From contig NW_026867863.1 of the NCBI RefSeq assembly GCF_020745735.1, positions 1,048,504-1,112,503 on the forward strand: a stretch of DNA of 64,000 bases. Direction: 5' to 3'. A program made the translations under genes and the position numbers. Positions within the stretch are counted from its first letter, which is position 1. Each line of letters begins with the position of its first letter. Shown one piece after another: positions 63,100 through 64,000 of the stretch. The stretch is from Hemiscyllium ocellatum (lineage: Eukaryota). The notes beneath the pieces were generated by a model. That model did no database searches and was not told where the DNA came from. It saw only the letters and a program-made list of their open reading frames with translations.

Positions 63100-64000
63100 A
63101 GGCTGGTCAAATCAGAAGTGACGTAAAAACTTTTGATGGTATTCGTTATAATGAAAGAGTTTGATGAACAAGGCGGATGAATTAATGGCTTAAACGAGGA
63201 AATTATGCGATTGCTCTCATGGTGACATGTTGAGAGAGGGGCAGAAGTGACTATTCAATATTCCACAATTTAGTGCCTTCAGGCGAGACAGGGAATGATG
63301 GGAAAAATGGGGGAGTGGGTGAGTGGTCGAAAATGTCCGTTCTGTAGTAATTCTGACAAGAGTATTTTAGACTGGAAAGAGAAACGAAGGCAAATAAACA
63401 GTACTTCCAAACCAGAATACAGCAAACATAACCACTGGCAGAGCACGATAGACCTTACTGTTTTGTCCAAATGGCTGAGAAGTGCAGATACATGGGCAAA
63501 TGTCAGAGCAACGTAAATTATCTTAAACGTAAATTAAATGAGAAAACAGGATTTTGTCTTCCTCAGCGTAGGCTTGGATATTCATTTTGCCAAAAATTTA
63601 GAGGGAACAGAATTTTGAAAATGCCCCCAGGAGAATATTTTCGCAAAGTTAGTGTTTAATACAGAACATTTTAATCCAGAATTTGCAAGAGAGGGGTGAA
63701 CCTGGACTTTACTTTAGAGATTGAAATCGATCGAGTAGGTAAAAATCAATGGTGGAGCTCTTTGCAGATGGTGATCTTCAATCTGTTGGATTCCAGATTG
63801 TTCTGGAAAAGGATAGAAATGGGTCCAAAGTTCTGAAAGGGGAAGGACAATGGTAATAAGATAAGGTAATGGTTTGACCAGAGTGGACTGGAATCTGAAA
63901 CTTCCTGGTAAATCTAAATCAGAGCATTGTGGCACATTTAAAATAAAAGAAATAGGAAAAGCGCAGGGAGAACATTTCCCATGAATCCACAGCGTGGGAC
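63100..64000 (+). mobile_element. Degenerate CR1 endonuclease region
   Basis: aacaaggcggatgaattaatggc (NKADELMA-like) and gatcttcaatctgttggattccagattgttctggaaaaggat (DH.SV.F.I.LEKD-like). Confidence 0.55.

Noticed and set aside
62963-64000. Cmu1 exon upstream of the Penelope insertion
   Set aside because: No Ig-like translation was found on the minus strand and the region looks like degenerate CR1. Only about 1 kb of native intron is visible, so absence cannot be claimed.

Overview
This is vertebrate genomic DNA of a cartilaginous fish (shark-type IgM exons, V-SINE/HE1-like SINEs, CR1/L2 LINEs, Penelope-like elements). The right end (54850-60978, minus strand) holds the 3' part of an IgM heavy-chain cluster: Cmu2, Cmu3, Cmu4 plus secretory tail, TM1 and TM2. 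It is probably a pseudogene. Cmu2 has a 1-bp frameshift with an immediate stop, the Cmu3 splice donor reads TT instead of GT, and four canonical Ig-fold Cys/Trp codons are altered. TM1/TM2, their splice sites and both poly(A) regions look intact. A young Penelope-like element with ~665-bp inverted arms and a 13-bp TSD lies ~70 bp upstream of Cmu2. Several minimal hammerhead ribozyme cores from Penelope-like elements are present, and two lie on the IgM sense strand. A 330-bp palindromic insert carries a 34-bp tandem array of hammerhead-core units. The left part has an old AT-rich tandem duplication with exon-like 48-nt cassettes, decayed C2H2 zinc-finger gene modules and dense retroelement debris. 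A 500-N gap (39651-40150) separates the two halves, so their linkage is unproven. Family assignments come from recalled motifs, not database searches. TE boundaries are approximate unless a TSD is quoted.
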